Shown piece after piece: positions 28,096-38,561 of a stretch of DNA of 64,000 bases. The DNA lies in assembly GCA_035760665.1 (NCBI GenBank), contig DASTSN010000040.1, forward strand, positions 82-64,081, read 5' to 3'. Position numbers and translations under genes: made by a program. The stretch comes from Chitinophagaceae bacterium (GTDB lineage: Bacteria > Bacteroidota > Bacteroidia > Chitinophagales > Chitinophagaceae). Each line of letters starts with the position of its first letter. Positions within the stretch are counted from its first letter, which is position 1. A model generated the notes under the pieces. It was not told where the DNA came from and ran no database searches. It saw nothing but the letters and a program-made list of their open reading frames with translations.

Positions 28096-30621
28096 ATGAG
28101 AAATAAACTACTGGTTGCCATACTATTTTTGGCAACCACCATCACCCTTCATGCGCAGGTTAAGTCACCTGAAGAATTTCTTGGTTATAAAGTTGGTACA
28201 CGGTACACGCCGCACTGGAAAATCGTAAGCTATTTTCAGTATGTAGCATCGGCCGTGCCATCTATGGTCAAGCTGCAGCAATATGGCGAGACCAACGAAG
28301 GACGCCCATTGCTGGTTGCATTTGTCAGCAACGAGCAGCATATACAACAACTGGAGTCTATACGGTTGAATAATCTGCGACTGGCTAACATGACAAAAGA
28401 TAAGATGGCACCTGTAGAAAATGGAGCACCGGCCATCGTTTGGCTAAGTTATAATGTACACGGCAACGAAACATCGTCTTCCGAAGCTGCTATGCTAACG
28501 TTATTCGCGTTGGTGGATCCGCAAAATACGAAAACAAAAGAGTGGCTGAAGAATACAGTGGTAGCGCTGGATCCCTGTATCAATCCTGATGGACGAGACC
28601 GTTACGTAAACTGGTTTAATTCCATCGTGGGAGCACAATACAATCCACGCCTGGATGCCCGTGAACACCATGAACCATGGCCCGGCGGACGAACCAATCA
28701 TTATAATTTTGATCTCAACCGTGACTGGGCATGGCAAACACAAAAGGAAACACAGCAGCGACTGAATTTGTACAATCAGTGGCTGCCGGAAGTACATGTG
28801 GATTATCATGAAATGGGTATCAATGAAGCGTACTATTTTGCCCCGGCGGCACAGCCATATCACGAAGTGATTACAGCCTGGCAGCGGGAGTTTCAACAGA
28901 TGATCGGGAAAAACAATGCCCGGTATTTTGATGCGAATGGTTGGCTGTTTTTTACCAAGGAGGTATATGATCTTTTTTATCCTTCTTACGGTGATACCTA
29001 CCCGATTTATAACGGGGCGGTTGGTATGACGTACGAACAGGCAGGCGGTGGTGCTGCCGGCCTGGGTGTTTTGAAAGAAGAGGGCGATACCTTAACACTG
29101 GTTGACCGTGTGATGCATCATTTTACTACCGGGTTGAGCACCATCGAAATGTCCTCCCAGCAGGCTGACAGGCTTATTAAGGAATTCCGTAAGTTTTATA
29201 ACGATGCAGTCAGTACCGGTACCGGCGAATACAAAACGTTTGTTATTAAAAATAATCCCGCTGATGCCGAAAGAATTAACGCCCTGCTGGACCTGCTGGA
29301 TAAAAATAAAATTCAATATGGTACCGGTTCCGGATCGTCGCGTGGATTCAGTTATACATCAGGAAAGGAAGAAAGCTTTTCTTTTTCCTCTGGCGATATT
29401 ATCGTAAGTGACCTTCAGCCGAAGTCTACGTTACTGAAAGTGTTATTTGAGCCCAAAAGCAAGCTTGTTGATTCCGCCACATATGATATCACCGCCTGGG
29501 CCTTGCCGTATGTTTATGGTTTGACGGCCTATGCTACAAAAGATAAAATTGCAGCTGGTCCGGGCAATGTTCGCCCAACCTTTACAAATAATAACCCGGC
29601 TGATGTTTATGGTTATGTAATCAAATGGCAGGGTGTGGAAAGCGCTAGGGCCGCCGGCCAGTTGTTGCAACAAGGAATCCGTCTGCGTTTTACAGAAGAA
29701 CCTTTTGAAGAGGGCGGGGAAACGTTTGACCGCGGGTCTGTTCTGATCCTCAAAGATGGCAACAGCGCTTTTGGAAATGCCCTATGGAAAACCGCTGCTG
29801 ATATCTGTAATGCCAACCAGGTAAAATTGTATGCTGTTACCTCTGGTTTTGTCGATAAAGGGCATGACTTTGGCAGCGATAAGGTTACACCGTTAAAAGC
29901 ACCAAAAGTGGTGCTGCTGACCGGAGAAGGAACTTCGTCAAATGCGGCTGGTGAGGTATGGCATTTCTTCGAACAACAGCTGAAATTTCCGATCACCCTC
30001 ATTAATGCGGGTGATATCAGCCGTGCCGATTGGGATAATATTGATGTGCTGATCATGCCAGATGGTAATTACCGTTTCCTGAGCGAGAAAAACACGGCAG
30101 ACCAGTTCCGGGACTGGATTTCGCACGGTGGCAGGGTCGTGGCGCTTGAAAGGGCTGTAGCACAGTTGTCACGTCTCGACTGGATTAGTTTGAAAATGAA
30201 AAAATCGGATGATTCATCGGATAAAAAAGAAGATTATGATTTGTTGAAGAAGTATGCAAACCGCGAACGAGATCAGCTGGTTGATTTTATCCCGGGTTCC
30301 GTATTTAAAGTTGAGCTGGATAATACCCACCCTCTTGGTTTTGGCTATCCCAATTATTATTATACCCTCAAAATGGATGACAATATTTACCAGTTTATGA
30401 AAGACGATGGCTGGAATGTGGGTGTGATAAAAAAGGAAGATGCCATATCCGGGTACGTTGGTTCAAAACTCAAAGCGAAACTGAAAGATGGACTCTTGTT
30501 TGGCACGCAGCGTGTTGGCCGCGGTACGGTGGTTTTTCTCAGCGACGATGTAGTCTTTCGTGAATTTTGGGAAAACGGAAAGCTTATGCTTTGCAATGCT
30601 GTTTTCCTGGTTGGACAATAA
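28096..30621 (+). CDS. M14 family zinc carboxypeptidase, large secreted multi-domain protein
   Basis: Signal peptide; LSYNVHGNETSSSEAAM (HxxE zinc site) M14 signature; about 840 aa. Confidence 0.8.
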   Translation: MRNKLLVAILFLATTITLHAQVKSPEEFLGYKVGTRYTPHWKIVSYFQYVASAVPSMVKLQQYGETNEGRPLLVAFVSNEQHIQQLESIRLNNLRLANMTKDKMAPVENGAPAIVWLSYNVHGNETSSSEAAMLTLFALVDPQNTKTKEWLKNTVVALDPCINPDGRDRYVNWFNSIVGAQYNPRLDAREHHEPWPGGRTNHYNFDLNRDWAWQTQKETQQRLNLYNQWLPEVHVDYHEMGINEAYYFAPAAQPYHEVITAWQREFQQMIGKNNARYFDANGWLFFTKEVYDLFYPSYGDTYPIYNGAVGMTYEQAGGGAAGLGVLKEEGDTLTLVDRVMHHFTTGLSTIEMSSQQADRLIKEFRKFYNDAVSTGTGEYKTFVIKNNPADAERINALLDLLDKNKIQYGTGSGSSRGFSYTSGKEESFSFSSGDIIVSDLQPKSTLLKVLFEPKSKLVDSATYDITAWALPYVYGLTAYATKDKIAAGPGNVRPTFTNNNPADVYGYVIKWQGVESARAAGQLLQQGIRLRFTEEPFEEGGETFDRGSVLILKDGNSAFGNALWKTAADICNANQVKLYAVTSGFVDKGHDFGSDKVTPLKAPKVVLLTGEGTSSNAAGEVWHFFEQQLKFPITLINAGDISRADWDNIDVLIMPDGNYRFLSEKNTADQFRDWISHGGRVVALERAVAQLSRLDWISLKMKKSDDSSDKKEDYDLLKKYANRERDQLVDFIPGSVFKVELDNTHPLGFGYPNYYYTLKMDDNIYQFMKDDGWNVGVIKKEDAISGYVGSKLKAKLKDGLLFGTQRVGRGTVVFLSDDVVFREFWENGKLMLCNAVFLVGQ

Positions 30622-30650
30622 TATAACGGTATTTTCAATACAATTGTCAA

Positions 30651-30705
30651 AAACCGGTTTTGACCATCCGATATTGATCAGGGTCAAAACCGGTTTCGGT
30701 TTTTA
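30651..30705 (+). terminator. Long perfect-stem hairpin terminator (15-bp stem, 16-nt loop) after M14 peptidase gene
   Basis: aaaccggttttgacc (30651-30665) / ggtcaaaaccggttt (30682-30696) perfectly complementary, followed by cggttttt; each arm is itself palindromic around CCGG. Confidence 0.8.
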
Positions 30706-31042
30706 ACGATTTACTATGCAATCAGCGTAGGGCGTTGTAAATTTGCTGATCAGCTTCATGGATAAACAAGATGCTGATGATTCAAAATGAGAACAACTTG
30801 TTCTTTCCGCTTTTTTTTCTTTTCTGAAAAACTAACCGGCATTCGGTTTACGATATTCAATACGTCTCCTCCCGTGCATTAATGCCATATAACCCTTTAC
30901 CCATTGTTTTGGGCTAAGAAGAATTCATCATTTACTGCACTGTAACACTTGAAGTCATTGTTGCAAGCCATTGTTTGCATGTCTAACAGCGTGTGTGCAG
31001 TATTGAACTGCAACGTTTTTATTCATTATAATTATACACAAC

Positions 31043-32959
31043 ATGGAAAAATCAGAACTCATCCGCTGGGGATTGATCATTGGTATTCCCCTTTTTCTTT
31101 TTTTGTTTTACAAATTTATTCTCCGGGTATTTTTCGGGCTCATCATTGTGCCGGAAGACAGAATTGGATTGGTCACGAAAAAATTTGTTTTGTTTGGTAA
31201 ACAAGAACTACCTGAAGGCCGGATTATCGCTACTGCCGGAGAGGCCGGTTTCCAGGCACAGACATTAGCACCCGGCGTATATTTTTGGAAATGGATTTGG
31301 CAATATTCCGTCCACTTTCAGCCATTTACGGTTATACCTACCGGTAAGCTGGGACTGGTGTTAGCAAAGGATGGCGCAGAACTGGAAACTGGTCGCATAC
31401 TGGGACGCAAAGTTGACTGCGATTCGTTTCAGGATGCAGCAGCTTTTTTAAAAAATGGCGGACGCAAGGGACGGCAAACAGCTGTTATTCCCCCCGGCTC
31501 ATACCGTATTAATACATACCTGTTTGAAATTGAACTGACCGATATGGTCATGATTCCGGATAATGCAGTAGGTATTGTCACCACACTGGAAGGAAACCCG
31601 TTAGCAGAAGGCCAGATTGCCGGCAAAATCATCCCGGATCACAACAAATTCCAGGACGTTGATATGTTTCTGTCAAATGGTGGATATAAAGGCTTACAGG
31701 AGCAAGTGATCCTGGCGGGATCCTATTTTATCAATCCATGGTTTGCCAAGCTGGAATTGGTCAAGATGACCGAAATACCAATTGGTTACGTGGGAGTGGT
31801 GATTTCCTACGTAGGAGAAGATGGGAAAGACCTCAGTGGCGCAGAGTTTAAACATGGCAATATTGTAGAGCGGGGCTTTAAAGGCGTATGGGCAGAACCG
31901 TTAGGTCCTGGTAAGTACCCGATCAATCCTTATATCATGAAAGTGGAACTTGTACCAACAACCAACCTTGTGCTCAACTGGGCCAGCGCCAGGAGCGAAG
32001 CTCATCAGCTGGATAAAAACCTGTCCACGATCACAGTGCGCAGTAAAGATGGCTTCCCGTTCAACCTCGACGTGTCACAAATCATTCATATTCCAACAAC
32101 AGAGGCACCGAAAGTGATCGCCCGGTTTGGTAACATGACGAACTTGGTCAGCCAGGTACTGGAGCCAACGATTGGTAACTATTTCCGTAACAGTGCCCAG
32201 GATAGCGATGTAATTGCCTTTCTCGGTACCCGTAAAGAAAGACAGCAATCTGCTAAAGACCATATTGGCAAAGTGCTGGATCAATACAATGTATACGGGG
32301 TGGATACTTTGATTGGTGACATTGTACCGCCGGAAAGCCTGATGAAAACCCTGACCGATCGTAAACTGGCCGAGGAACAAAAGATCACCTACGAAACGGA
32401 AAAGAAAGCACAGGAAACCCGGCAGACACTGGAAAAAGAAACGGCCATTGCCGATATACAAAAGGAAATTGTAAAAGCTGACCAGGGTGTGCTAATCGCA
32501 GAACGTATCGCTGATGCGTCGGTGAAAAAAGCTACCGGTGACGCCAACAGCGTGCGGTTGCAGGCGACTGCTGAAGCCGACCGGTTAAAACTCATGGCCA
32601 GTGGTGAGGCAGAAAAAACAAGGCTGCTCGCAAAAGCGGATGCCGAAAAAATTGAATTGCTGGCAAAAGCCGATGCTGAAAAAATTTCACTGACAGGTAA
32701 GGCAGAAGCAGAAAAAATTTTGGCAATTGGTACATCCAATGCAGAAGCCTACAAGCTTTCTGTTGAAGCAATGGGAGGCGATAACTTTACACAATTGAAA
32801 GTGATCGAATCCATCGCAACGGAAAAAGTTAAGATTATGCCCGATGTACTGATCAACAGCAGCGGTGATCATGCCACAGGTGGCATCAGCGGATTACTGG
32901 GTTTGCAATTGCTGGAAAAGATGGGTAAAAAGCTTGACAGCGATAGCAGCCAGGAATAA
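31043..32959 (+). CDS. Flotillin-like SPFH/band-7 family protein
   Basis: 638 aa; N-terminal TM, SPFH domain, C-terminal Ala/Glu/Lys-rich flotillin repeats (AEADRLKLMASGEAEKTRLLAKADAEKIELLAKADAEKISL). Confidence 0.85.
   Translation: MEKSELIRWGLIIGIPLFLFLFYKFILRVFFGLIIVPEDRIGLVTKKFVLFGKQELPEGRIIATAGEAGFQAQTLAPGVYFWKWIWQYSVHFQPFTVIPTGKLGLVLAKDGAELETGRILGRKVDCDSFQDAAAFLKNGGRKGRQTAVIPPGSYRINTYLFEIELTDMVMIPDNAVGIVTTLEGNPLAEGQIAGKIIPDHNKFQDVDMFLSNGGYKGLQEQVILAGSYFINPWFAKLELVKMTEIPIGYVGVVISYVGEDGKDLSGAEFKHGNIVERGFKGVWAEPLGPGKYPINPYIMKVELVPTTNLVLNWASARSEAHQLDKNLSTITVRSKDGFPFNLDVSQIIHIPTTEAPKVIARFGNMTNLVSQVLEPTIGNYFRNSAQDSDVIAFLGTRKERQQSAKDHIGKVLDQYNVYGVDTLIGDIVPPESLMKTLTDRKLAEEQKITYETEKKAQETRQTLEKETAIADIQKEIVKADQGVLIAERIADASVKKATGDANSVRLQATAEADRLKLMASGEAEKTRLLAKADAEKIELLAKADAEKISLTGKAEAEKILAIGTSNAEAYKLSVEAMGGDNFTQLKVIESIATEKVKIMPDVLINSSGDHATGGISGLLGLQLLEKMGKKLDSDSSQE
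32629..32727 (+). repeat. Three degenerate 33-nt coding repeats (AKADAEKI-type) in flotillin C-terminus
   Basis: gcaaaagcggatgccgaaaaaattgaattgctg / gcaaaagccgatgctgaaaaaatttcactgac / ...gcagaagcagaaaaaattttggc. Confidence 0.7.
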
Positions 32960-32978
32960 ATATCGGAATTGATACACG

Positions 32979-33010
32979 CCTCTCCCCGCAACGGGGAGAG
33001 GTTTTTTTTT
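32979..33010 (+). terminator. Intrinsic terminator after flotillin gene
   Basis: cctctccccg-caa-cggggagagg followed by nine T. Confidence 0.9.
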
Positions 33011-33195
33011 GCGGCAAAAGACCAGCAGATATTTTAACAGCCAGGCAACCCGGAATTCATCTTTATGTTTTTCTAATCGCCTAAAACAAGTTATAGCACA
33101 GGGTAATATTTTACCCGGCAACAAAATCTTAATGTTTGCCAATGGTAAATCATACTTCCGATGTATAACTTATATTCGCTGAATAAACCAACGGG

Positions 33196-35658
33196 ATGAA
33201 AAGAATTGCTTCTGTACTAACTGCCTGTTTTCTTTTCTTTATTACAACAGCACAACGTCCTGCCAGCTGGACTTCTTCGGACATGTACCTGGCTCTCCGA
33301 AAACTCAATGTGCTGGGATCTGTACTCTATATTGCAGCGCACCCGGATGATGAAAATACCCGGCTCATTGCGTATTTATCGAAAGAAAAATTATACCGTA
33401 CAGGATATATGGCCCTTACAAGGGGTGACGGCGGTCAAAATTTAATTGGCGATGAACAGGGGATAGAATTAGGATTAATCCGAACCCAGGAATTGCTGGC
33501 AGCCAGGCGGATTGATGGTGGCGAACAGTTTTTTTCACGGGCATTCGATTTTGGATTCTCCAAGGGACCGGAAGAAACATTTACCAAATGGGACAAAGAA
33601 AAAATTCTTAGTGACGTTGTTTGGGTGATCCGCAATTTTCAGCCTGATGTCATCATAACACGTTTTCCCACAACTGGCGAAGGGGGTCACGGACATCACA
33701 CAGCTTCGGCTATATTGGCTAACGAAGCATTTACCGCAGCGGCTGACCCCAATCGTTTTCCCGAGCAATTAAAATATGTAAAACCCTGGCAGGCGAAACG
33801 TATTTTGTGGAATACATTCAACTTTGGTTCAATTAATACCACCAGCAATAGTCAGTTCAAATTTGATGTGGGCGGTTATAATCCATTGCTGGGAAAAAGC
33901 TACGGCGAAATTGCTGCCGAAAGCCGCAGCCAGCATAAAAGCCAGGGCTTTGGTGTACCGGCTTCCCGCGGTGAAGCCTGGGAATATTTTAAAACCACCG
34001 GTGGTACACCCCCTGAAAATGATTTAATGGACGACGTGGATATCACCTGGAACCGTGTGCCCGGTGGAGCAGCTATTGCCGGTATGATCGAGCAATTGGC
34101 ATCTTCATTTGATTTGTTACATCCTGAAGAATCAGTTCCCGGGTTGGTTAAATTATACCAGGCGATGCAAAACCTGCCTGACGGGTATTGGAAAAAGCAA
34201 AAACTAAAAGAAACAAAGCAACTGATTGAGCAATGCAGCGGGTTATGGATGGAAGCATACAGTAATAATGCCTATGCTGTGCAGACGGATTCCGTACGCA
34301 TCAGTTTTTCTTTCAACGACCGCTTAGGCGTAAACGCTATATTAAAAAATATCACAGTTGATCAGTTCGATTCAACATTGAACGAGCCGTTTCACAAGAA
34401 CGAGAATATCGGGTTCTCAAAATTGCTTTTCGTTCCTGCCTCTAAATCCATTACGCAACCTTACTGGCTTGTACACAAAATGGAAGAAGGGTATTACAAT
34501 GTAACCAATCAGCAAAAAATAGGGCAGGCAGATGTGGATCCTGCGTACATAGCGCAGATTACCGTCAATATCGAAGGACAGGATTTTACTTTTTCAAAGC
34601 CGGTAAAATATAAATTCACAGATCCCGTCAAGGGCGAAATCTATCAGCCCCTGGTGGTGGTACCACCCGTTACAGCGGGTGATTTAGCTCCCTTTTATTT
34701 AAAAAATAAAAAGGATAATGTGATTGATGTGCGCCTGATTGCAAACACCAATGTAAGTTCAGATGCAATGCCGGTAAGCAATACGGCGATAACGAGCCAG
34801 GATACACTATCCTTTGCCATGACATATCATCTCAAAAAAAACAGCCAGATTGATATGGCTTATCCTGTAAATGAGCTGCAAAACAAAACCTACCGGGTAG
34901 CATTACCCGACCAGGAAACGGCGATGACCATGCGATCGATCATGTATGATCATATTCCGGCGATTCATTATTTCAAAGAAGCTGTGACAACGGTACGGGA
35001 GCTGGATTTAAAAACATACGGAAAGAAAATCGGATACATTGTAGGGGCCGGGGATAAAGTGCCGGAAGCATTGGAACAAATGGGTTATGACGTAACCTTC
35101 CTCGATGATAAAAGTTTATCAAGAAATAACCTGCAGCAGTTTGATGCGATCATTGCCGGTGTTCGGGCTTATAATACAGATGAATGGCTGAATGCGCATT
35201 ATGAGCAACTGATGAAATATGTAAATGATGGCGGCAACTTGATTGTTCAATATAATACCAGTAGCCAGATTGGGCCGGTGAGGGCAAAAATAGGTCCTTA
35301 CAATTTTGATATTACAAGAACCAGGGTAACAGATGAGAATGCGGTGGTGACAGTTTTAAAACCCGATCACCCGGTGCTGAATTTTCCCAATAAAATTAAC
35401 AGTGATGATTTTAAAGGGTGGATACAGGAACGCAGTATTTATCATGCTGCCAACTGGGATCCGCATTTCGAAACAATCTTTTCCATGCACGATAAAGGGG
35501 AGGCGCCGGATGAGGGCAGCCTGATTATTGCGAAATACGGTAAAGGTTATTTCACCTATACAGGATTGGTATTTTACAGGGAGTTACCGGCAGGAGTGCC
35601 CGGGGCTTACCGGTTAATGGCAAATTTGATTGCACTCAATAAGAAAAAAGCCTTTTAA
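33196..35658 (+). CDS. PIG-L/LmbE family N-acetylglucosaminyl deacetylase, large multi-domain form with C-terminal ThuA/GATase1-like domain
   Basis: Signal peptide; VLYIAAHPDDENTRLIAYL LmbE signature; 820 aa. Confidence 0.75.
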   Translation: MKRIASVLTACFLFFITTAQRPASWTSSDMYLALRKLNVLGSVLYIAAHPDDENTRLIAYLSKEKLYRTGYMALTRGDGGQNLIGDEQGIELGLIRTQELLAARRIDGGEQFFSRAFDFGFSKGPEETFTKWDKEKILSDVVWVIRNFQPDVIITRFPTTGEGGHGHHTASAILANEAFTAAADPNRFPEQLKYVKPWQAKRILWNTFNFGSINTTSNSQFKFDVGGYNPLLGKSYGEIAAESRSQHKSQGFGVPASRGEAWEYFKTTGGTPPENDLMDDVDITWNRVPGGAAIAGMIEQLASSFDLLHPEESVPGLVKLYQAMQNLPDGYWKKQKLKETKQLIEQCSGLWMEAYSNNAYAVQTDSVRISFSFNDRLGVNAILKNITVDQFDSTLNEPFHKNENIGFSKLLFVPASKSITQPYWLVHKMEEGYYNVTNQQKIGQADVDPAYIAQITVNIEGQDFTFSKPVKYKFTDPVKGEIYQPLVVVPPVTAGDLAPFYLKNKKDNVIDVRLIANTNVSSDAMPVSNTAITSQDTLSFAMTYHLKKNSQIDMAYPVNELQNKTYRVALPDQETAMTMRSIMYDHIPAIHYFKEAVTTVRELDLKTYGKKIGYIVGAGDKVPEALEQMGYDVTFLDDKSLSRNNLQQFDAIIAGVRAYNTDEWLNAHYEQLMKYVNDGGNLIVQYNTSSQIGPVRAKIGPYNFDITRTRVTDENAVVTVLKPDHPVLNFPNKINSDDFKGWIQERSIYHAANWDPHFETIFSMHDKGEAPDEGSLIIAKYGKGYFTYTGLVFYRELPAGVPGAYRLMANLIALNKKKAF

Positions 35659-35819
35659 TGAGTTCCCGACAACATGATGAAACAAGAAGAAATATAGCTG
35701 GAGTAACGGCTATTGTACTGGGTTTGCTGATTGGTTTATTTATAAAACGGGTAAAAGTAGGGTTATTAATCGGGCTTGTGCTGGGCCTCGTAGCGGCGAT
35801 GATGATAAAGAGAAAATAA
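35658..35819 (+). CDS. Micro-protein (53 aa), two predicted TM helices
   Basis: ATG overlaps deacetylase stop (TAATG); MSSRQHDETRRNIAGVTAIVLGLLIGLFIKRVKVGLLIGLVLGLVAAMMIKRK; not in track (under length cutoff). Confidence 0.35.
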   Translation: MSSRQHDETRRNIAGVTAIVLGLLIGLFIKRVKVGLLIGLVLGLVAAMMIKRK

Positions 35820-35832
35820 ACAGAAAATAATA

Positions 35833-35952
35833 ATGCAGGAAGATTCAAAAGTTCCTTTGTTTAAAAAATGGAGCCACTGGTATTTTTTTGTTATCGGCAT
35901 GCTGGTGTTGCTGATCGCATTATTTTATTTGTTCACTAAACAGTTTTCATGA
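35833..35952 (+). CDS. Micro-protein (39 aa), single TM, translationally coupled to SSS transporter
   Basis: MQEDSKVPLFKKWSHWYFFVIGMLVLLIALFYLFTKQFS; stop overlaps transporter start (ATGA). Confidence 0.4.
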   Translation: MQEDSKVPLFKKWSHWYFFVIGMLVLLIALFYLFTKQFS

Positions 35953-37682
35953 CGACGGTTGACTGGCTGGTACTGGTGCTTACCCTGCTCGGGATTATTT
36001 CGTACGGATTGTATAAAAGCCGAACGACACATAACCTGGAGGGTTACTTTTTGTCAAACCGCAGTATGCCCTGGGGACTGATACTGCTAAGTATCATTGG
36101 TACACAGGCCAGTGCCATTACCTTTATTTCAGCCCCGGGGCAGGCCTATACAGACGGGATGCGCTTTGTGCAGTATTATTTTGGGTTACCGCTGGCCATG
36201 GTTGTTATTTGCATAGCATTTGTCCCCATTTTCAACCGCCTGAAAGTTTATACCGCTTATGAATACCTGGAAAACCGGTTTGACGGGAAGACCAGGACGC
36301 TTACGTCTTTTTTATTTCTTTTGCAGCGCGGCTTGTCAACCGGCATCAGTGTTTTTGCTCCTTCGATTATCTTATCATCACTCCTGGGCTGGAATATTTA
36401 CTGGACCAATATATTAATGGGGGGACTGCTGATAATTTATACCATGAGCGGTGGCGCCAGGGCAGTGGCGTATACCCAGCAACTGCAAATGGTGATCATA
36501 TTTGCCGGTATGTTTCTGGCGACTTATATGGTGGTAAGAATGCTGCCGGAAGGCGTGGGATTTATGGATGCGCTGCATATTAGTGGGAAGCTTGGAAAAT
36601 TAAATGTCATAACAACAGGTGTTACAAAAAACGGTTTTAACTGGAGCGATCAATATAATTTATGGAGCGGCATAATAGGAGGCTTTTTTTTGGCGCTTTC
36701 TTATTTCGGCGCAGATCAGTCGCAGGTTGGACGGTATTTAACCGCGAAGTCAGTGGCAGAAAGCCGTGTGGGTTTGTTAATGAACGGATTGGTGAAAGTA
36801 CCAATGCAGTTTTTGATTTTACTGATCGGTGCTTTGGTATTTACTTTTTACCAGTTTAACAGTGCGCCTGTTTTTTTTAATGATACGCAAATTGCAAGGA
36901 TAGAGCAATCACCTCTGCGAGATTCGTTTCATGTGGCTGAAAAAGCTTTTGAAAAAATAGGTCAGCAAAAAAAGGAATCGGTTACAGCTTTTTCCCAGGC
37001 CCTGCATGCCGGTGATGAAGTGCAGCTGGCAGCTGTGACAGATGAGCTGCGATTTTTACAAAAGGGGGCTGATAGCCTGCGTACAAAAGTTAAGAACTGG
37101 ATTAATTCATCACAGGTAGGTGGTGATGGCAATGATACGAATTATATTTTCCTGCGTTTTGTATTGGATTATCTTCCGCCTGGACTGGTGGGACTACTGA
37201 TTGCTATTATCTTTTTGGCTTCCTGGGGCAGTATTGCTGCGGCTATTAATTCGCTGGCTTCTTGTTCCATGATCGATTTTCACCGCCGGTTCAGCCGTAA
37301 ACAAATTGAGCCGCAACAGGAATACGCCCTGTCCAAATGGTATACGCTGGGCTGGGGTGTGTTTTGTATTGTTGTAGCCATGTTTACCTACAATATTGGT
37401 AACAGCCTGATAGAGGCGGTGAATGTTCTGGGGTCACTGTTTTACGGGGTTATTCTGGGGGTTTTTCTTGTAGCGTTTTTTTTAAAAAATATAAAAAGCG
37501 GAACAGCTGTCTTCTGGGCTGCTGCTTTAGCAGAATTGATTGTGCTAACGTTTTTTGCCTTGAGCAAGTATAAAGTGCTTTCCCTTGGGTTTCTCTGGCT
37601 CAATCCGATTGGCGCTATTTCTGTAATACTATTTGCCTTACTATTGCAGCCGTTATTTTCAAAAAAAGAAAACCCTGTCTGA
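35949..37682 (+). CDS. Sodium:solute symporter (SSS) family transporter with large cytoplasmic insertion
   Basis: 577 aa; multiple TM helices; SSS-type GxxxxxxGGxxA-like motifs; about 100-aa hydrophilic insertion (residues 310-410). Confidence 0.85.
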   Translation: MTTVDWLVLVLTLLGIISYGLYKSRTTHNLEGYFLSNRSMPWGLILLSIIGTQASAITFISAPGQAYTDGMRFVQYYFGLPLAMVVICIAFVPIFNRLKVYTAYEYLENRFDGKTRTLTSFLFLLQRGLSTGISVFAPSIILSSLLGWNIYWTNILMGGLLIIYTMSGGARAVAYTQQLQMVIIFAGMFLATYMVVRMLPEGVGFMDALHISGKLGKLNVITTGVTKNGFNWSDQYNLWSGIIGGFFLALSYFGADQSQVGRYLTAKSVAESRVGLLMNGLVKVPMQFLILLIGALVFTFYQFNSAPVFFNDTQIARIEQSPLRDSFHVAEKAFEKIGQQKKESVTAFSQALHAGDEVQLAAVTDELRFLQKGADSLRTKVKNWINSSQVGGDGNDTNYIFLRFVLDYLPPGLVGLLIAIIFLASWGSIAAAINSLASCSMIDFHRRFSRKQIEPQQEYALSKWYTLGWGVFCIVVAMFTYNIGNSLIEAVNVLGSLFYGVILGVFLVAFFLKNIKSGTAVFWAAALAELIVLTFFALSKYKVLSLGFLWLNPIGAISVILFALLLQPLFSKKENPV

Positions 37683-37718
37683 CGCAGGGTTTTGCATATT
37701 GTCTCTTTTTGTAGAAAT

Positions 37719-38561
37719 TTATTTTAGTTGCTCCAGCAATTTATCGTTGAGTCGTACGTAATCATCATTTTTAGCTGCTACTGCGAGTTCCCTTGACTTT
37801 TGTGCAGCAGCTTTTGCTTCTTCTTTTTTACCAAGGCGTGCAAGACAGTTGGCACGCTGATGATGTACCCAGTAGGCATTTGGTTGCTGCTGTACGGCTT
37901 TATCAAGCCATGCAAGCGCCTGATTGAGATCCCTGCCAGTTTCCATGTAATACATCGCGGCCTGGAAATAAGGCCTGTTATCGTTTTGCATGACCTGGTT
38001 AATCTGCGCCATTACTTTTTTATCGATGTCAGTGCTGATTGGCAGTGCCACAGCAGTATTCTCCCACATCATGTGCAGTTCACAACTACCGGGTTTTACA
38101 TCGGCAAATTGCATCGTGAATGTTTCCACCGGCTCTTTCATGGTCATAGCTTTGGCCTGCACTCTTACAACATCATCCTCCATTTTATAAGCTGCCGGAC
38201 TGGTTACGTCTAATTGCTTGGTAATAATAATGGTCCAGTTGTCTTTGTCAGGGATTGTGAGCAGTCCATATTTTCCTGCGGGAATATTTACACCAGCAAT
38301 TGTAACATCATCACTAAATGTAAGCGTGGTCGCACTGTTAGCACCAGTTCGCCACACCTTTCCAAACGGAACAAGATCACCGAAAATTTTCCTTCCTTTT
38401 TTTCCGGGTCTTGAATACGATACTTCAATAGAGGAGACACCAAATTCCTGAACGATGGTTTGCGTGGGGCTGGGGGATGGTGTCCTGATTGATTGCGCCT
38501 GAGAAAAAATTACCGAGCAAACAGCCAGGACTGTCAAAATTGTTTTTGTCATAACAAGCAA
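37719..38561 (-). CDS. DUF2911 domain protein with C-terminal TPR-like region
   Basis: Signal peptide; VSYSRPGKKGRKIFGDLVPFGKVWRTGANSATTLTFSDDVTIAG matches DUF2911. Confidence 0.65.
   Translation of the reverse strand: MLVMTKTILTVLAVCSVIFSQAQSIRTPSPSPTQTIVQEFGVSSIEVSYSRPGKKGRKIFGDLVPFGKVWRTGANSATTLTFSDDVTIAGVNIPAGKYGLLTIPDKDNWTIIITKQLDVTSPAAYKMEDDVVRVQAKAMTMKEPVETFTMQFADVKPGSCELHMMWENTAVALPISTDIDKKVMAQINQVMQNDNRPYFQAAMYYMETGRDLNQALAWLDKAVQQQPNAYWVHHQRANCLARLGKKEEAKAAAQKSRELAVAAKNDDYVRLNDKLLEQLK

Noticed and set aside
32389-32739. 116-aa minus-strand ORF with SASAFAS repeats
   Set aside because: Antisense of the flotillin AEKA coding repeats.
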